A stretch of 64,000 nt of DNA. Source: Octopus vulgaris (taxonomy: Eukaryota). This document shows positions 1 through 13,601 of this stretch, in pieces (the first letter of the stretch is position 1; every line of letters begins with the position of its first letter). The notes under the pieces are model-generated. The model saw only the letters and a program-made list of their open reading frames with translations. It was not told where the DNA came from and made no database searches. A program made the translations under genes and the position numbers. Where the stretch lies: contig OX597815.1 in the NCBI GenBank assembly GCA_951406725.2, forward strand, positions 98,456,001 through 98,520,000, in the 5' to 3' direction.

Positions 1-443
1 ATTAACGATAGTATTTGAGCGAAAGTGTGATTAAGAGACTGAATGAGTAAAAGGAAGAGAAAGAGAGTGAGGAATGTCACTGGGAGAGACAAAAAGCATA
101 AGTTATTAAATTGTATGTTCCACAATCGTTCAATATCAATAAAGGTTACTTGACGTGCCATGCACCTTGTTAGAGTTGTGCCTTCGTGTATTCAGTACGA
201 TGGAAATCTTAGAATTGTTCTTTCAACAGCCGACAGTAAGCCTTATATTTGTTGGCACTAATATACGTGCCATACGAGACCCTTTTGCTTTTACCGTACC
301 TTTTATTATGTCTCTTTCTCCTGACGAGTCATGGTAATGACTTAATCTTTATGTCTCTGTATTTCTCTAGTATATCATCAATGATGATGATGATGATGAT
401 GATAATCATGATGACGACGACGACAAAACAACAGCAACAATAA

Positions 444-750
444 TTTGGCCTTGACAAATGTGCAAAAGCTATCTTCATCGGAGGGAAGCTTTCAAAACGA
501 TCCAACGTTGAATTTGGTCAACAAACCATAAGCAGTTAGAAGCAGAGGAAGGTTATAAATACTTGTGGGTATATGAAGGCTATGGAATGATGGAAAAGGT
601 CAGAAAAGAATACTATTGCAAAGTAAGAGATATACTCTTGCTAAACACAGGGAATGCGATAGAGGCAAGTAAAACTTAAGCCATACCGCTCATAACTTAA
701 CCTTTCAATATATTTAACTGGTCAAGTGCTGAAATCTGTAAATTTGATTA
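444..750 (+). mobile_element. R4/Dong-clade non-LTR retrotransposon, degenerate RT C-terminal fragment
   Basis: Manual translation gives FGLDKCAKAIFIGGKL, EEGYKYLWVYEG and MEKVRKEYYCKVRDIL..NAIEASKT*AIPLIT..NW. This matches the FGLDKC/YKYLG/KEY..R region of R4/Dong RT, with stops and frameshifts. It starts right after an (ATG)/(ACA)/TAA microsatellite. Confidence 0.75.
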
Positions 751-1288
751 GCAAAAATTCGGAAATATAAGGATATCGATATGTAATTTAGACAAAATTG
801 GATGTTATAAAATTACTACTAAGGTAGCCAGTAAGATGAAGAGATTGTTGGAGACATTTATCCTCGTGGTATTTGGCTCGCTTGTTACAACACCTAAATA
901 GCTACGCAATAGATTGAAGGATACTGGAAATGGAACCTGCATTTTCGACGTGCAAAAATTGCAATCCTGTATTCCGTAAGAATCCTAAAAATGATTTCAA
1001 AATTTGAAGAGCCTTTAGAAAGACTTGAAGAGATACAATAGAATATGATATACGCCAAACGGAGGATTTAAAATGACGTGAAGGATAGAGCAAAATTTTA
1101 TACATAAACGAGAAATAAATTTAAATACTGATAAAAAGAGGAATCAGTTTGGAATATTTGTACAGAATCTATAATAAATCACACAATACCTAAAACAAGA
1201 TGTATTTAGAACGAGAATAAAATGTAAAATATAGCGTGATCCCTTCACCACCCGTCCCAGAAACAGCTGGCAAAGTCGCGTCAGTGTA

Positions 1289-1498
1289 TAGTAATCCCTC
1301 GACTATCGCAGGTGTTACGTTTCAAACCCCGCCTACGATAGGTGAAAATCCTCGAAGTAGAAACTGTACTGTATATTTTTAAAAATAATTTTTATACATT
1401 TATTTTATTATAAATGCAAAGCAACACCGTGGAGGAATCGACGTAAGCTTAAGTAATAAACCGCGATAGGTGAACCGCGATATGGCAAGGGATTACTG
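1289..1498. mobile_element. pogo/Tigger-type MITE
   Basis: TA|TAGTAATCCCTCG at the left end and CAAGGGATTACTG|TA at the right form a terminal inverted repeat (CAGTAATCCCTYG) with TA duplication. Internal CGATAGGTGAA is repeated twice. Confidence 0.8.
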
Positions 1499-2330
1499 TA
1501 CCCTGCATTCTTATCAGACCACCATTGCTTGTGCTGACGTCTCATACAACCCCTTAGACATTTTTGAGTGTAGAGGGGTAAAAAGCAACATCAAACTTCA
1601 AGATATTTCATTTCAATATATTTGTATTGTTTTATCATCAATTTGTTTTTTTGTATGAATCCTATATTTCAACAGCAATTGCACTGCAGCTCAGTCATTT
1701 TGTATACAAAGGTTATAGCCGTTGCACCACGAAATGTTATTCTGCCTGCCTGTTATTTGGTTTTCGAAGGTTGCTTAAGCGAACTTCATCGTCCTCATTA
1801 ATGTTTTCCTCATTATCCTGAGGAAGAACATTTTTATTGTTCTGAGAAGGTTGCTCCTCCACTTATATTTTTCTGGTTTTGTGCTGTTTCTTGATGTCAT
1901 TGTGTGTTTCGCTTTTCTACTTTTTTTTACTTATTTAGACTACTTTTTCTTCGTCACCATCAAGTTCACTCCTCATTAAAGAAGGAAATGGAGCTGCTAT
2001 TTATTGGTGTTATGGAAAGTGAGTTTTGCTGTCCTTGCTCAGGAAGCTGACACATTCCTTGCTGAGAATGTATCAGAGGGAAACTACAAACCTGCGCCTT
2101 CTTTGAGGAGTAATCAACAAACTTGAAACGGTTGCCCAGAAAATTCTCTCTACTTTCCCTGCTTATCTATACATGACATTCTTATTTCTGTCACAGCCAG
2201 GCTTTCTAGGATTTAAATTTATTTTTCTAATTCTCATTCATGCTCTATGTGCTACATTATATACATTGATGCATTATATATATTGATGTGCTACATTATA
2301 TACATTGATGCATGTATGTATCTATGTATC

Positions 2331-2740
2331 TAGGTAGGTAGGTAGGTAGGTAGGTAGGTAGGTAGGTAGGTAGGTAGGTATGATAGTATGCATGCATTTG
2401 TGTGTATTTGTATATATGTCTGTCTATCTGTATGTATGGGTGCATATATATTTATGTGTATGTGTATATGTACTGCTTTCTATTTGTATGTATGTATGTA
2501 TGTATGTATGTGTGTGTATGTATGTATATATGTATATTTGTATGTATGTATGTATGTATGTGTGTATGTATGTATGTATGTATGTATGTATGTATGTATG
2601 TATGTATGTATGTATGTTTGTATGTATGTATGTATGTATGTATGTATGTATGTATGTATGTATGTATGTATGTGTGTGTGTATGTATGTATGTATGTATG
2701 TATGTATGTATGTATGTATGTACGTACGTATGTATGTATG
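2331..2740. repeat. compound tetranucleotide microsatellite (TAGG)n + (TATG)n
   Basis: Directly visible; it explains the MYVC/YIHT ORFs. Confidence 0.95.
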
Positions 2741-3676
2741 TGAGTACTCGAATTCTGTAGTTGCTTCTATGCGAATGTGTGAGTATGTTTGAATATGTTG
2801 GCAAATAAATCTTTATTTTTGTATCCTTTTTATCGTCACATCCTACTAATTGTGTTTAACAAGGCAGATCACTCTTGCATGTCTTCCACGTCTTGTCGCT
2901 TATTTAATGAAAGAGAAGTAAGGCGATGTATTGAAGTTGCATTCATTGAATTAACATAACTCTGAAGATAAAGCTGATAAACTTTAGAGGAATGAAAATC
3001 TCTACGCATACACCCCTCTGACTCTCTACATCCGATTCTCTGTATTGCTTTTTTCTTTATTTCATTTATTCCTCGTTATATAAATCTCATCTCTTTGACA
3101 GAATGTTCACTAAACGAACTGATTATTATTAATGTATTTTAGTTGAAGTTGATAAACACTATAAACACTATTAGATTTCACGTAGATTATTTTCCTTGAT
3201 TGCAAAAGCTTTACGTCTCAGCACCAAATCATTATCACACGCTCATACTTCCCGCCTCCGACCTCATCACCAGCACCACAACCAAGAACAACAACAGCAG
3301 CAGCAATAACAAATACAACAACAACAACAACATCAGCAAGAACACCAAGAACAGCATCAGCACTCACATTTCAAGTAACATCAGTTTGTGAAGGAGTGAG
3401 ACTTGACGCAGTTGCTGGACCAGTTAGAGACGGCAGTCAAATCGCCCTCGCACACCACTCTCGAAAACTATAATATAGACATGAAACAAGAAGATTTCGT
3501 AACATACTATTAGTTCCAGCTTTCTGTTATCTTAGTTCAAATTGGAAAGAAGTCTTCTGTACTTTTCATTATTTTGACAGCGAAAAACTACCAGTCAACC
3601 TCTAGGAATCGATCTTTTTCCTTGAACGACCAATGACTCTTTTCGTAAAGTGTTACTTGGCACACAAACATCTCTT

Positions 3677-3725
<49 letters not shown>

Positions 3726-4027
3726 ATATATATGTGTGTGTGTATACTATATATATATATATATATATATATAGTATATAGTATATATTATATATCAGGG
3801 GCGTATATTCCGGGAGTGTTTGGTGTGTGCTGCACACCCATCGAAAATAGCAAACTCACTATAAATAGTAATCTTATTCATTAATTCAGTCGCAAATCTT
3901 ATTGGAAAACTTTTGTTATGCCCCTACTTGAAACATGGTGTCATTGGGTGTCGCAGCACACTCAGTACAACAACCATCTTACACCACTGATATGTGTGTA
4001 TGTATGTGTGTGTAATATGTACATATT

Positions 4028-4086
<59 letters not shown>

Positions 4087-4204
4087 ATGATAGATCGCTA
4101 GCCACTAAACCTTTTTCAATTTTCTCTCATTGCTCATTGCTGTGTTTACATACCCGTCTTTGTGTTTTGTATTTTTGTAAATACTCACTATATATATATA
4201 TATA

Positions 4205-4267
4205 ATCTTTTATTGTTTTACATGTTTCAGCCATTTGACTGCGGCCATGCTGGAGCAGCGCCTTTAT

Positions 4268-4340
<73 letters not shown>

Positions 4341-4350
4341 GAGATAGATA
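4205..4350 (-). mobile_element. 3' tail of CORE-type SINE family B followed by (GATA)n
   Basis: tgtttcagccatttgactgcggccatgctggagcagcgcc is the reverse complement of the tail of the full copy at 40854-41247. Confidence 0.75.
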
Positions 4351-5212
4351 AATATTCTCAGGGTACACATGTGAAACAACATTAAATTACATATATTAGT
4401 TTATCATATTTAATGTTTATACGCCATTGACAGGCATAACGGTGTGGTTTCGAACACAGAATCAAAATATACTCTAATAAATGCATTGAATCACATTATA
4501 TGGCGCCCTGTTAGCAAATAAATGTAATAAAACAAACTACATTCGTATAATCAATGAAAAATAATTTTCTATTTCAAAGAGAATTGTAGGCAGACGATAA
4601 AATTAAAATTCATATTGCATACTAATCGCCATGAATCTGAACACAGCAGACAGTATTCACAGGGTTTAGTTATTGACAGACAGTTGGGAGAGCCCGAAGC
4701 ACCATATTGGCTCCTAGAGAAACAGATATGATTAAAACTAAAATATTTTAGCGTAATCACATAACATGAAATGCTTCACGCTATTTACTACAGTTTTTGA
4801 TTTCTCGGTTCATTAATCGACGAAATCAGCATCCCATTTCTTCTCTCTGATTTCGATAAAAATATTGCCACTTTAAGGCAAGGTGTTGGAAGAAACCTTG
4901 TCTATATTCATCACAGCTCTGAGTTCAAATCCATTTGTTGCTTTTGAGGTCGCTAATCATAAACAGTTGCTCAATTTATGTCAGTCACCTGGTACTTGGT
5001 TGCTTTTGGCGGAAACCACGCTGTTGCAGTCATTCTGAACTAGGTTTCCAGTTTCACCATTCATTTCTGTATCGTTCCAAAAAATTTACGTCCCAGATAA
5101 TTGTCACTATCACTACACCCTCTTCTCTTTCTCTGTCGCTTATCAAAACGATAAAAATATCACATAAACACAAACACACACTCGCACACACATACACGCG
5201 AATATTTTTTCT

Positions 5213-5580
5213 ACACTAGGCACAAGGCCCGAAATTTTTTGGAGAGTGGGTCCAGTCGGTAAGATCGACCCCAGAACGCAACTAGTACTTAATTTATCGA
5301 CCCCGAAAGGATGAAAGGCAAAGTCGACTTCGGTGGAATTTGAACTCAGAAAGTAGAGACAGACGAAATACCGCCAAGCATTTCGCCCGGCATTCTTATT
5401 TCTTTACTGTCCACAAGGGGCTAAACACAGAGGGGACAAAGAAGGACAGACAAAGGGTTTAAGTCGACTACATAGACCCCAGTGCGTATCTGGCACTTAA
5501 TTTATCGACCCCGAAAGGATGAAAAGCAAAGTCGACCTCAGCTCTACCAGCTCGCCACCTTTCTACCAGCTCGCCGCCTT
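5213..5580 (-). mobile_element. tRNA-derived SINE family A, composite of two bodies with a duplicated head
   Basis: Two copies of the core atcgaccccgaaaggatgaaa(g/a)gcaaagtcgac. The head aaggcggcgagctggtaga is present twice (5544-5580), and both tail types are present. Confidence 0.85.
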
Positions 5581-6234
5581 CATACACACATGAATATATG
5601 CATGATGTATACAAATGGATTTGCTGAGTGTGTGTGTGGATATGTTTCTTTGTTTATGCGTATATGTGTGAGTGTGTGTCTGACTGTCTGTGTTTCTGTA
5701 TGTATGTAGTGTATGTGTATGTGCAGGTATGTGTTACTGTATCTGTGTTCACTAACACGGAACTGATAACATAAGAGTTAAACCAAAGCTAAAAAAAAAT
5801 ATCACGGACTAGAGATGTATTTGGTATATTCATCCGGCATTATCCAGTATAAATCTAACGTATTTGTCTTTTTTCATTTAATGCTGACTACTTTCGTTCT
5901 TTCATTCATTCTCTAATGCTATTTATCTATCATTCTTTTATCTGACTATTTATTTATTTGCATATGTATTTGCATATTTATTTATTGCCACTTGATAACA
6001 TGTTTGATTCGATTTTATATCTCAGAAATTTTCATTGCATTATAAAGTTTTAATTGCTTGTTTCTTGAATATATTTATTTAACACGTTGCTAATTATATA
6101 AAAGAGATTGAAACTAAATACTTTAAGTGAGCTTTGCAATGCTGATTAATATCTGAATATAGAAATGTTGCAAACGAAAGCTGTTTATTGCATATTTTTG
6201 TTTTTAAATTACTTATTCCATTAATTTTTTTATC

Positions 6235-6285
6235 CATATATATATATATATATATATATTTACATATGTAACTTTGTTTATATTT

Positions 6286-6340
<55 letters not shown>

Positions 6341-6624
6341 TATGTGTGTGTATTTGTATATATATGTATGTATGAGTATATATATATGTATGTATTTGTA
6401 TATATATGTACATATATATGCATATATATATATATATACATATATATATGTATATATGTACATATATATATATATATATATACATATATATACACACAGA
6501 CATACATAAATACGTGTATATGTATGTGTGTACATACAAAAATCTATCTTTTGATCTATATCCATTATAAATATATATATATACATACACACATATATAT
6601 AATATATATGCATACTCACATATA

Positions 6625-6708
<84 letters not shown>

Positions 6709-7204
6709 CGTGTGCGTTCGTATGTATAATTTCACCTCAAATTTACTCTTTTGCTCTCACATTTTCCCCCATCTCTGGCATCTCTGGTGTATTTTTTGTT
6801 GTTAACTTCCTTGAGTTGTTATTATTTAGCTGTGTGCATGCATCACCGATTAGATCGCTACTGAGAATATTTCTAACTTTAGTGCAGATGTACATATATA
6901 TATATGTATTTACGTATGTATGTACATGTGAGTGAGTGTGTGTGTGTGAGTGTAATTATATATGTGTATATCTATGTATGTGTATATATATATGCATATA
7001 TGCATATATACATATATATATACATGTTTACAAATTTATACTTATATATGTATGTGTATGCGTACGTGTGTTTCTGTGTGCGGCGCGTGCGTGTGTGTGT
7101 GCACGCCCGCAAGTGTGTGTGTGTGTACGCACTCGCGTGTGCGTGTGTTTGTGTGTGTGTGTCTGTGTGTGTCTGTGTGTCTGTGTGTGTGTGTGTGTCT
7201 GTGT

Positions 7205-7288
<84 letters not shown>

Positions 7289-7290
7289 GT
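6235..7290. repeat. (TA)n/(TG)n compound microsatellite field
   Basis: Directly visible. Confidence 0.9.
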
Positions 7291-8727
7291 ATCAAAGATA
7301 TCGGAGAAAACTTAATTTGGAAAATCCAATGTACTAAATAAAAAAAAAATATACACAAAATATCGAAAGACAAATAATAATTACAAGCAAGTACAAACAC
7401 TAAAGAAAAACAACAAGAAAATGTACACACGCAATGAATGCCATGAAAATAAACAAGTATTAAAACAAAACAAAACCAAATAAAAAAACCACCTTCAATC
7501 AAATCCAAGATTAAAGTAATAACAGAAACAGGAAATTTATAAATAAACATTCCAATAAAATAAATATATAAATAAACGGTAAGAAGAAATAAATCAACAA
7601 CAAAAATAGCAAAAACAAGTAATAATTACATTTTCGTTTGCAATAATTACAAAACAGAAAACTAACTAAATAAAATAAATAAATAAATTTACATATAAAT
7701 AAATGAAATGCGCAGATCGTGATAATTCATGTAAAAATATATTCGTTTTCCTTTGATAAATCTGCTTAATAAAATGAATATCAAGAGAAAAATTTCTGGA
7801 ACCACTAAGCTGACATGAAGATGTCTTATCTTATGAAAGAAGGCTAATGAAATCTCGTTGAGGAGTATAACGGAACGGTGTAGTCAAGGTAAAGGTTAGA
7901 TAATTCCCCTCCAATCTTTGAAATATGGGATGGAGGTCATAGATTTTCGTCTGCGGCGTATGTGTGTCTATGTTTTACGAATTTTTGTGTTTTAAACGGA
8001 TGTTTGTATGAGCATACTTGTGTATGCACGTACATGTGCATATACTACCCAAGTATATGTTTCTTTGGATTTACGTAACAAAAATGAAATAAAAAATGCG
8101 CAAATGTACAAGAGAATTTCAAAATCAATGTTATTAGTCTCACACTTAAAGGGAAATGGAAAGAGTATGTGATATTACGTTTCAGATATTGTTCTTCGCC
8201 GCTAATTAGAAAAAAAGTCCAGGAGAAACTGCAAAGCAGAGATAGAATTAAAAGTTTAAAAATTGAAGCCCAAAAAATGAATGCACCCGTTTACATGATT
8301 AGATATATATTTTTGTATGTATACATATTTCTTTACCATACACGTTTATACACACATGCATACATAAATATATATATGAGTAATTTGTTTTACTGTGACT
8401 AATATATGGTAATTTATAAGCTCTCTGCCCATGTGTATTTATGCGTCTGTCCGTCTCTCTTCTAAATTTCAGTAATTTCCCCCCAAATCATTAAACGGAC
8501 AGTTACATAAATCCACCTCTTAACTTTTGTTTCATGTTTTCCATAAATTTAGTGCACCCTAGAGATAAATGCATACACTTCAGTGAAATTTAAAAGACAA
8601 CTTTCTTACAATATCTATCGAGGTATTATTCATTGAAAGTGAATTCTTCGCTTTTCGTCTATCTTTTATGATTAAACAATAGTGCTTCGAAATTGAGAGA
8701 TTCGAATCTATCAAAGATAAACAACAG

Positions 8728-8818
8728 CGGAAATTGAAGGAAAGCCGTCGTCCCCATCATCGCTGGACAACCGGTGTTAGTGCAGTGCATTTACGTCCCC
8801 ACAATTTCGTAGTTCGGT
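8728..8818 (+). mobile_element. SINE family B internal fragment
   Basis: cggaaattgaaggaaagccgtcg..ggacaaccggtgtt..tttacgtcccc..gttcgg aligns by eye to 40990-41125. Confidence 0.6.
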
Positions 8819-9061
8819 ACCCTTACATAGCTGCTGTGTAATAAATAAAACAATGAAAAGAAAAGGGGATAATAACACATGTACATGAGCTTATATGCAT
8901 AGCTATACATATAAATTTGACATGGGCGATTCTTTCTTGTCTTGGGATTCACGGTCAACGGCTGGGTGGAATTGCGCGAAAAATTACTCAGATGTGTAGA
9001 ATAATCCGGTGATGATGATGGGCTTTGTATTTTGTCATAGCTCCCATGGTTACCGAGATAA

Positions 9062-9521
9062 TCTACTATAATAATACTTTTGTGTTTATGAGTGAGAAAG
9101 GAAGATGAATAAGGAAGGAAGGGGTGATGTTATACTTGGTTTTGGGATGATGAAAATTGTACGCTGAAACAAAATCAAACAGCGTTTAAACTGTGAATAT
9201 ATGTGTGTATGTAAAAGGGAGGTATGTGAAAATGTGTGTGCGTGTGTGTGTTTGTGTGTGAGTGTGCGTGTGCGCACGCAGTGGAAGTGGGAGGGTTCAT
9301 CTTTGTTCGCTTAGTATTTGGGTTTTATTTTTTGATTTGGTTAAATCTTGGTTGTTTTATTTTGTTTGTTGGTCAGTTATTTTGAGCGTTTTCACAGAAA
9401 AACGTCATTCTAAAATTGTTTTTTAACGTAAGCGTGCCCAAACAAGTCGAATGCTTACACAGAGCAGGATTTACAACCACATCATCCAAATCGACCGGGT
9501 GAAACTGGGCTTAGCTGCTAG
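9062..9521 (+). mobile_element. non-autonomous Helitron-like element
   Basis: 5' end A|TCTACTATAATA. 3' end has a short hairpin CCGG-GTGAAA-CTGG about 10 nt before CTAG|T. It sits between A and T with no TSD and has an internal (GT)n. Confidence 0.65.
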
Positions 9522-9549
9522 TAAATATATAAATGTGTGCATAAATATA

Positions 9550-10470
9550 TGAAGTGTGATCATTTAAGATTTCCTCTGACTCACTTCCGATTATTGCAAG
9601 AAACGGAACTTGTACAGATACAGTCATACATGTCTCTACATGTCACATTGTAGATTGCAGCTTTCCACTAGTATGTGTTTGTCTTTTATGACTGCTGAAG
9701 TAGACTAAAGTGTTATAATGGAAGCAGTTGAATGCCGATCAATAATCAAGTTCTTATACTTGAAATGTCGTACACCAAATGAGGCTTCCGATGAAGGAAG
9801 TTTATCCTGATTATGCACCATCATACGACGTAGTTAAGCACTGGCATCGCCAGTTGAAATGGGATCAGACATCGAAGAAATTGCTCTTATTCTTGGACGA
9901 CCACATTCTGCCATTGATGACGACAACATCCGTAAAGTGGAAGATGTCATTTTTGAGGATCACTGCATAACTCTTCGGTGACTAGCACAATAAGTGAAGA
10001 TAAATGTAGAGTCCATGGAAAAAAACCCGTTCACGACTGTTTGCACATGCGGAAGTTGTCTGCACAATAGATTCCCCGGATCCTCACACATTTTAGATGC
10101 AGGAACGAGTAAATTCCTCCCAGGCTCTTTTGGCAACGTGCCAAGAAAAGGAGGAGGATATTTTCCGCAGACTTATCACACAAGATGAAACATGGGACCA
10201 TCACTATGATCCTTAGACTAAAGACCAGTCGAAGCAATAAAAATCTCCAAAGTTGGCTTGTCTCCTACGCCTACCAGGCAAAGTGATACTCAGTCTTTTG
10301 GGATCAGTGCGGAGTAGTGATGAGGTATTTTCTGGTAAAGGGAACCACAATTAACAGGACATACTATGCTTCTCTGCTGCAGAAATTGCTTGACGCCATC
10401 AAAGCAGAGAGGCTTGGCATGCTGGCCATAGGAGTCCACCTCCTCCAAGACAACGCCCCAGATCACATGG
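9550..10470 (+). mobile_element. mariner transposon fossil (5' TIR + disrupted transposase, 3' truncated)
   Basis: ATG at 9718. Translation across frames gives MEAVECRSIIKFLYLK, APSYDVVKHWHRQ, GRPHSAIDDDNIRKVEDVI, LHMRKLSAQ*IPRILT (WVPR motif), ITQDETWDHHYDP and LLQDNAPDH. Multiple frameshifts. Confidence 0.9.
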
Positions 10471-10488
10471 ATGCGCATTCAAATAAAT

Positions 10489-10848
10489 AGTGATATAGTA
10501 AGAAGCTTGCTTCCCAACTACACGATTCCGGGTTCAGTCCCACTGGATAAGTGCCTTTTCTATAGTCTCGAGCCGACTGAAGTCTCGTGAGTGGATTTGA
10601 TAGACGGCAACTGAAAGAAGCATGTTGTGTAAATATATATGTACATACATTTACGTGTGTGTGTGTCTTCACGTCTAACTCCATACCATCACTTGACAAC
10701 CGATGTTGATGTGTTTGTATCCCCTTCGTCATAAGAGACTGATAGAATAAGTACTAGGCTTACAATGAATAAGTCGTGGGGTCGATTTCTTCGACTAAAG
10801 GCGGTGTTCCAGCATGGCCGCAGTCAAATGATTGAAACGTGTAAAAAG
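10489..10848 (+). mobile_element. SINE family B copy at the broken end of the mariner
   Basis: tRNA-like head (ccgggttcagtccc), body gtgagtggatttgatagacgg, tail ggcggtgttccagcatggccgcagtcaaatgattgaaac. Confidence 0.9.
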
Positions 10849-10947
10849 TGTACATATAAATATTCATATATACACACACATATACATATAAACTTGTATG
10901 TGTATATATATTTATACTTACATATATATATATATGTATATATATGT

Positions 10948-11024
<77 letters not shown>

Positions 11025-11237
11025 ATACAAAATGGTACAAGAACGCAAAACTTCCTGTCAGTTAAGTGATACAAAAAAGGGACAACAAAACATTAAGATA
11101 GACGATACAAAGAAAACAAGGACGTTTCATTCGGAGTTTTCTTTCTCAGTCAAGTTCCAGCTTATCTTTGCAATTTCGGCTGGCTATATATATATATATA
11201 TATATATATACATTACACATACGCATACACTTATATT

Positions 11238-11288
11238 CCTTTACTTGTGTCAGTCATTTGACTGCGGTGATGCTGGAGCATCACCTTT
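11238..11288 (-). mobile_element. SINE family B 3' tail
   Basis: ttacttgtgtcagtcatttgactgcggtgatgctggagcatcacc. Confidence 0.7.
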
Positions 11289-11310
11289 ACTTTTAAATAT
11301 ATATACATAC

Positions 11311-11373
<63 letters not shown>

Positions 11374-11900
11374 AACTATCTCTAGCACGTCACATTGAGC
11401 TGTCACATATTAGCGTGTCGTGTTGTGTTTCATTGCTTTCAAACGTTTTGCCTTCAATTTATCTATTTCTCATTCCAAATTTTAGAAAGCTTTTTAACTG
11501 ACAAAATCAGTAAGTTTTAATTCACGCTTAAGTTTCAAATAGTAACATAAGATACCTGAAACATGTTTTTTCTCTTTACATTTCGTATATTTATTGGACT
11601 GACAAATGGAATATGAATGTAATACACATACGCGTACGTACACGCGAGCACACCCGTAGAGACACACAAACACAGACACAGAGGCGTACACGCACACACA
11701 AACACACACATGTATACATATATATATACACAAAATGTACATTCACATACATACGCCTATGTTTGTGTCTGCATCTATACACACACACATATGTATGTAT
11801 GTATGTATGTATATATATATGTATGTATGTATATATATACATATTATATATACATACATGTATATACACATATATATGTATATATGTATATATATATATT

Positions 11901-11931
<31 letters not shown>

Positions 11932-11956
11932 TTATTTACATATATATATGCATACA

Positions 11957-12013
<57 letters not shown>

Positions 12014-12024
12014 CGCCCCTCTTA

Positions 12025-12138
12025 ACTTTAAATTCTGCCGTTTGTTCCTTTGAGGGTCGATAAAATAAATACCAGCTGAGCACAAGGGTCGATTTCATTG
12101 GCTTACCGAAGTTGCTGGCCTTGTGCCAAAAATTGACA
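12025..12138 (+). mobile_element. SINE family A partial copy
   Basis: gagggtcgataaaataaataccagctgagcacaagggtcga..gttgctggccttgtgccaaaa. Confidence 0.7.
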
Positions 12139-12823
12139 TCTTTATGTCGGATGTTGACAAAATCACTCCTTTACAACCCAGAATTTCACGTAATATTGTA
12201 ACCTTCCATCGAACAAAATTTATCTGATACACGCATATATACAGGCATGCATGCGAACATACATACGCACATGCATACATATGCACACACATTCATACAT
12301 ACATACATACATACATTCATACATACGTACGTACATAACCTCTAGCTCCTATATCGGTATGACATATTTTTATACCAATAATAATTGGTGCGCTTCGTGC
12401 TGTAAGTAAATGCTTAACTGTCAGTCTAGACAAGCTCGGACTTTCAGAGGAAGAAATCAACCAATTGACACACACGCTAGCAATAAAATCTATAAACAGA
12501 ACCATAAAATAATGCAACACTTCATTCAGGTTTAAAATGTTACGTTGTTTCATTATATACATGGAGAAGATGGAGGTTTGTATATTTCTTACATACATAC
12601 ATACATACATACTTACATCGTCGTTGTCGTCGCATTTATTTTTTTGTGTGTTATACACATGTGTTATAAGGCAATTTTTGTCCGAATATGCCTGACAACC
12701 CTGTGAACACACAATCGCAACTCCAAAATAACATGAGAGTGACTCGATTAATATGAATATTAAATTTTTTTTATTTTGGTGTTTCGAATATAATCAATGG
12801 AAAATTGTAATAAAAATGACATT

Positions 12824-13233
12824 ATACTCTTTTACTCTTTTACTTGTTTCAGTCACTAAATTGTTACCATGCTGGAGCGCCACCTTTAGTCGAGCAAATC
12901 GACCCCAGGACTTATTCTTTGTAATCCTAGTACTTATTCTATCGGTCTGCTTTGCCGAACCGCTAAGTTACGGGTACGTAAACATACCAGCATCGGTTGT
13001 CAAGCGATATCGGGGTGGACAAACACAGACGCACAAATATATACAAACACACATACATATATACATATATACGACCGGCTTCTTTCAGTTTCCGTCTTCC
13101 AAATCCACTTACAAGGCTTTGGTCGGCCCGAGGCAATAGTAAAAGAAACTAACCCAAGGTGTCACGCAGTGGGACTGAACCCGGAACCATGTGGTTTGTA
13201 AGCAAGCAACTTACCACACAGTCACTCCTACGC
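12824..13233 (-). mobile_element. SINE family B, full length
   Basis: Reverse complement of 40854-41247 along its whole length, with a (TAAAAGAG)-type 3' repeat. Confidence 0.92.
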
Positions 13234-13461
13234 TTATACGTTACTCTTTTACTGATTACCCTTTATAACGAACTTCACATAATTATGCCGTTGTTCATGG
13301 CAATATTTGTAGATCATGATAGATAGTGTAATTTACTTTGAGTACAACTTCACTGAAAGAAAGTACAGGAATTATTAAAGTAAAAGTTATTCGAAGTTGG
13401 AATAACCTACTTGTGGGCAGGATGGTATTAATCAGTAATATAACAAAAATTGAAATATGAA

Positions 13462-13601
13462 AATAATGTCGTTAATAATTGGAGCGCTAGGTAAAACAAT
13501 ATAAGGAAGCCAATCCACGGTTTACAGCTTCACACATTATTCAAGAAACAACGCTATTATATGTAACTGTCATCTTCCACAAGGCTCTTTCAATTCAATA
13601 G
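13462..13601 (+). mobile_element. Dong/R4 RLE-domain C-terminal remnant
   Basis: IMSLIIGALG and IIQETTLLYVTVIFHKALSIQ* align with IPIIVGALG...IQKIALLGTAHILRRTLSIQ* of the copy at 44534-45020. Confidence 0.6.

Noticed and set aside
2380-2804. [12 protein letters not shown]-type ORFs throughout the window
   Set aside because: Di- and tetranucleotide microsatellite artefacts.
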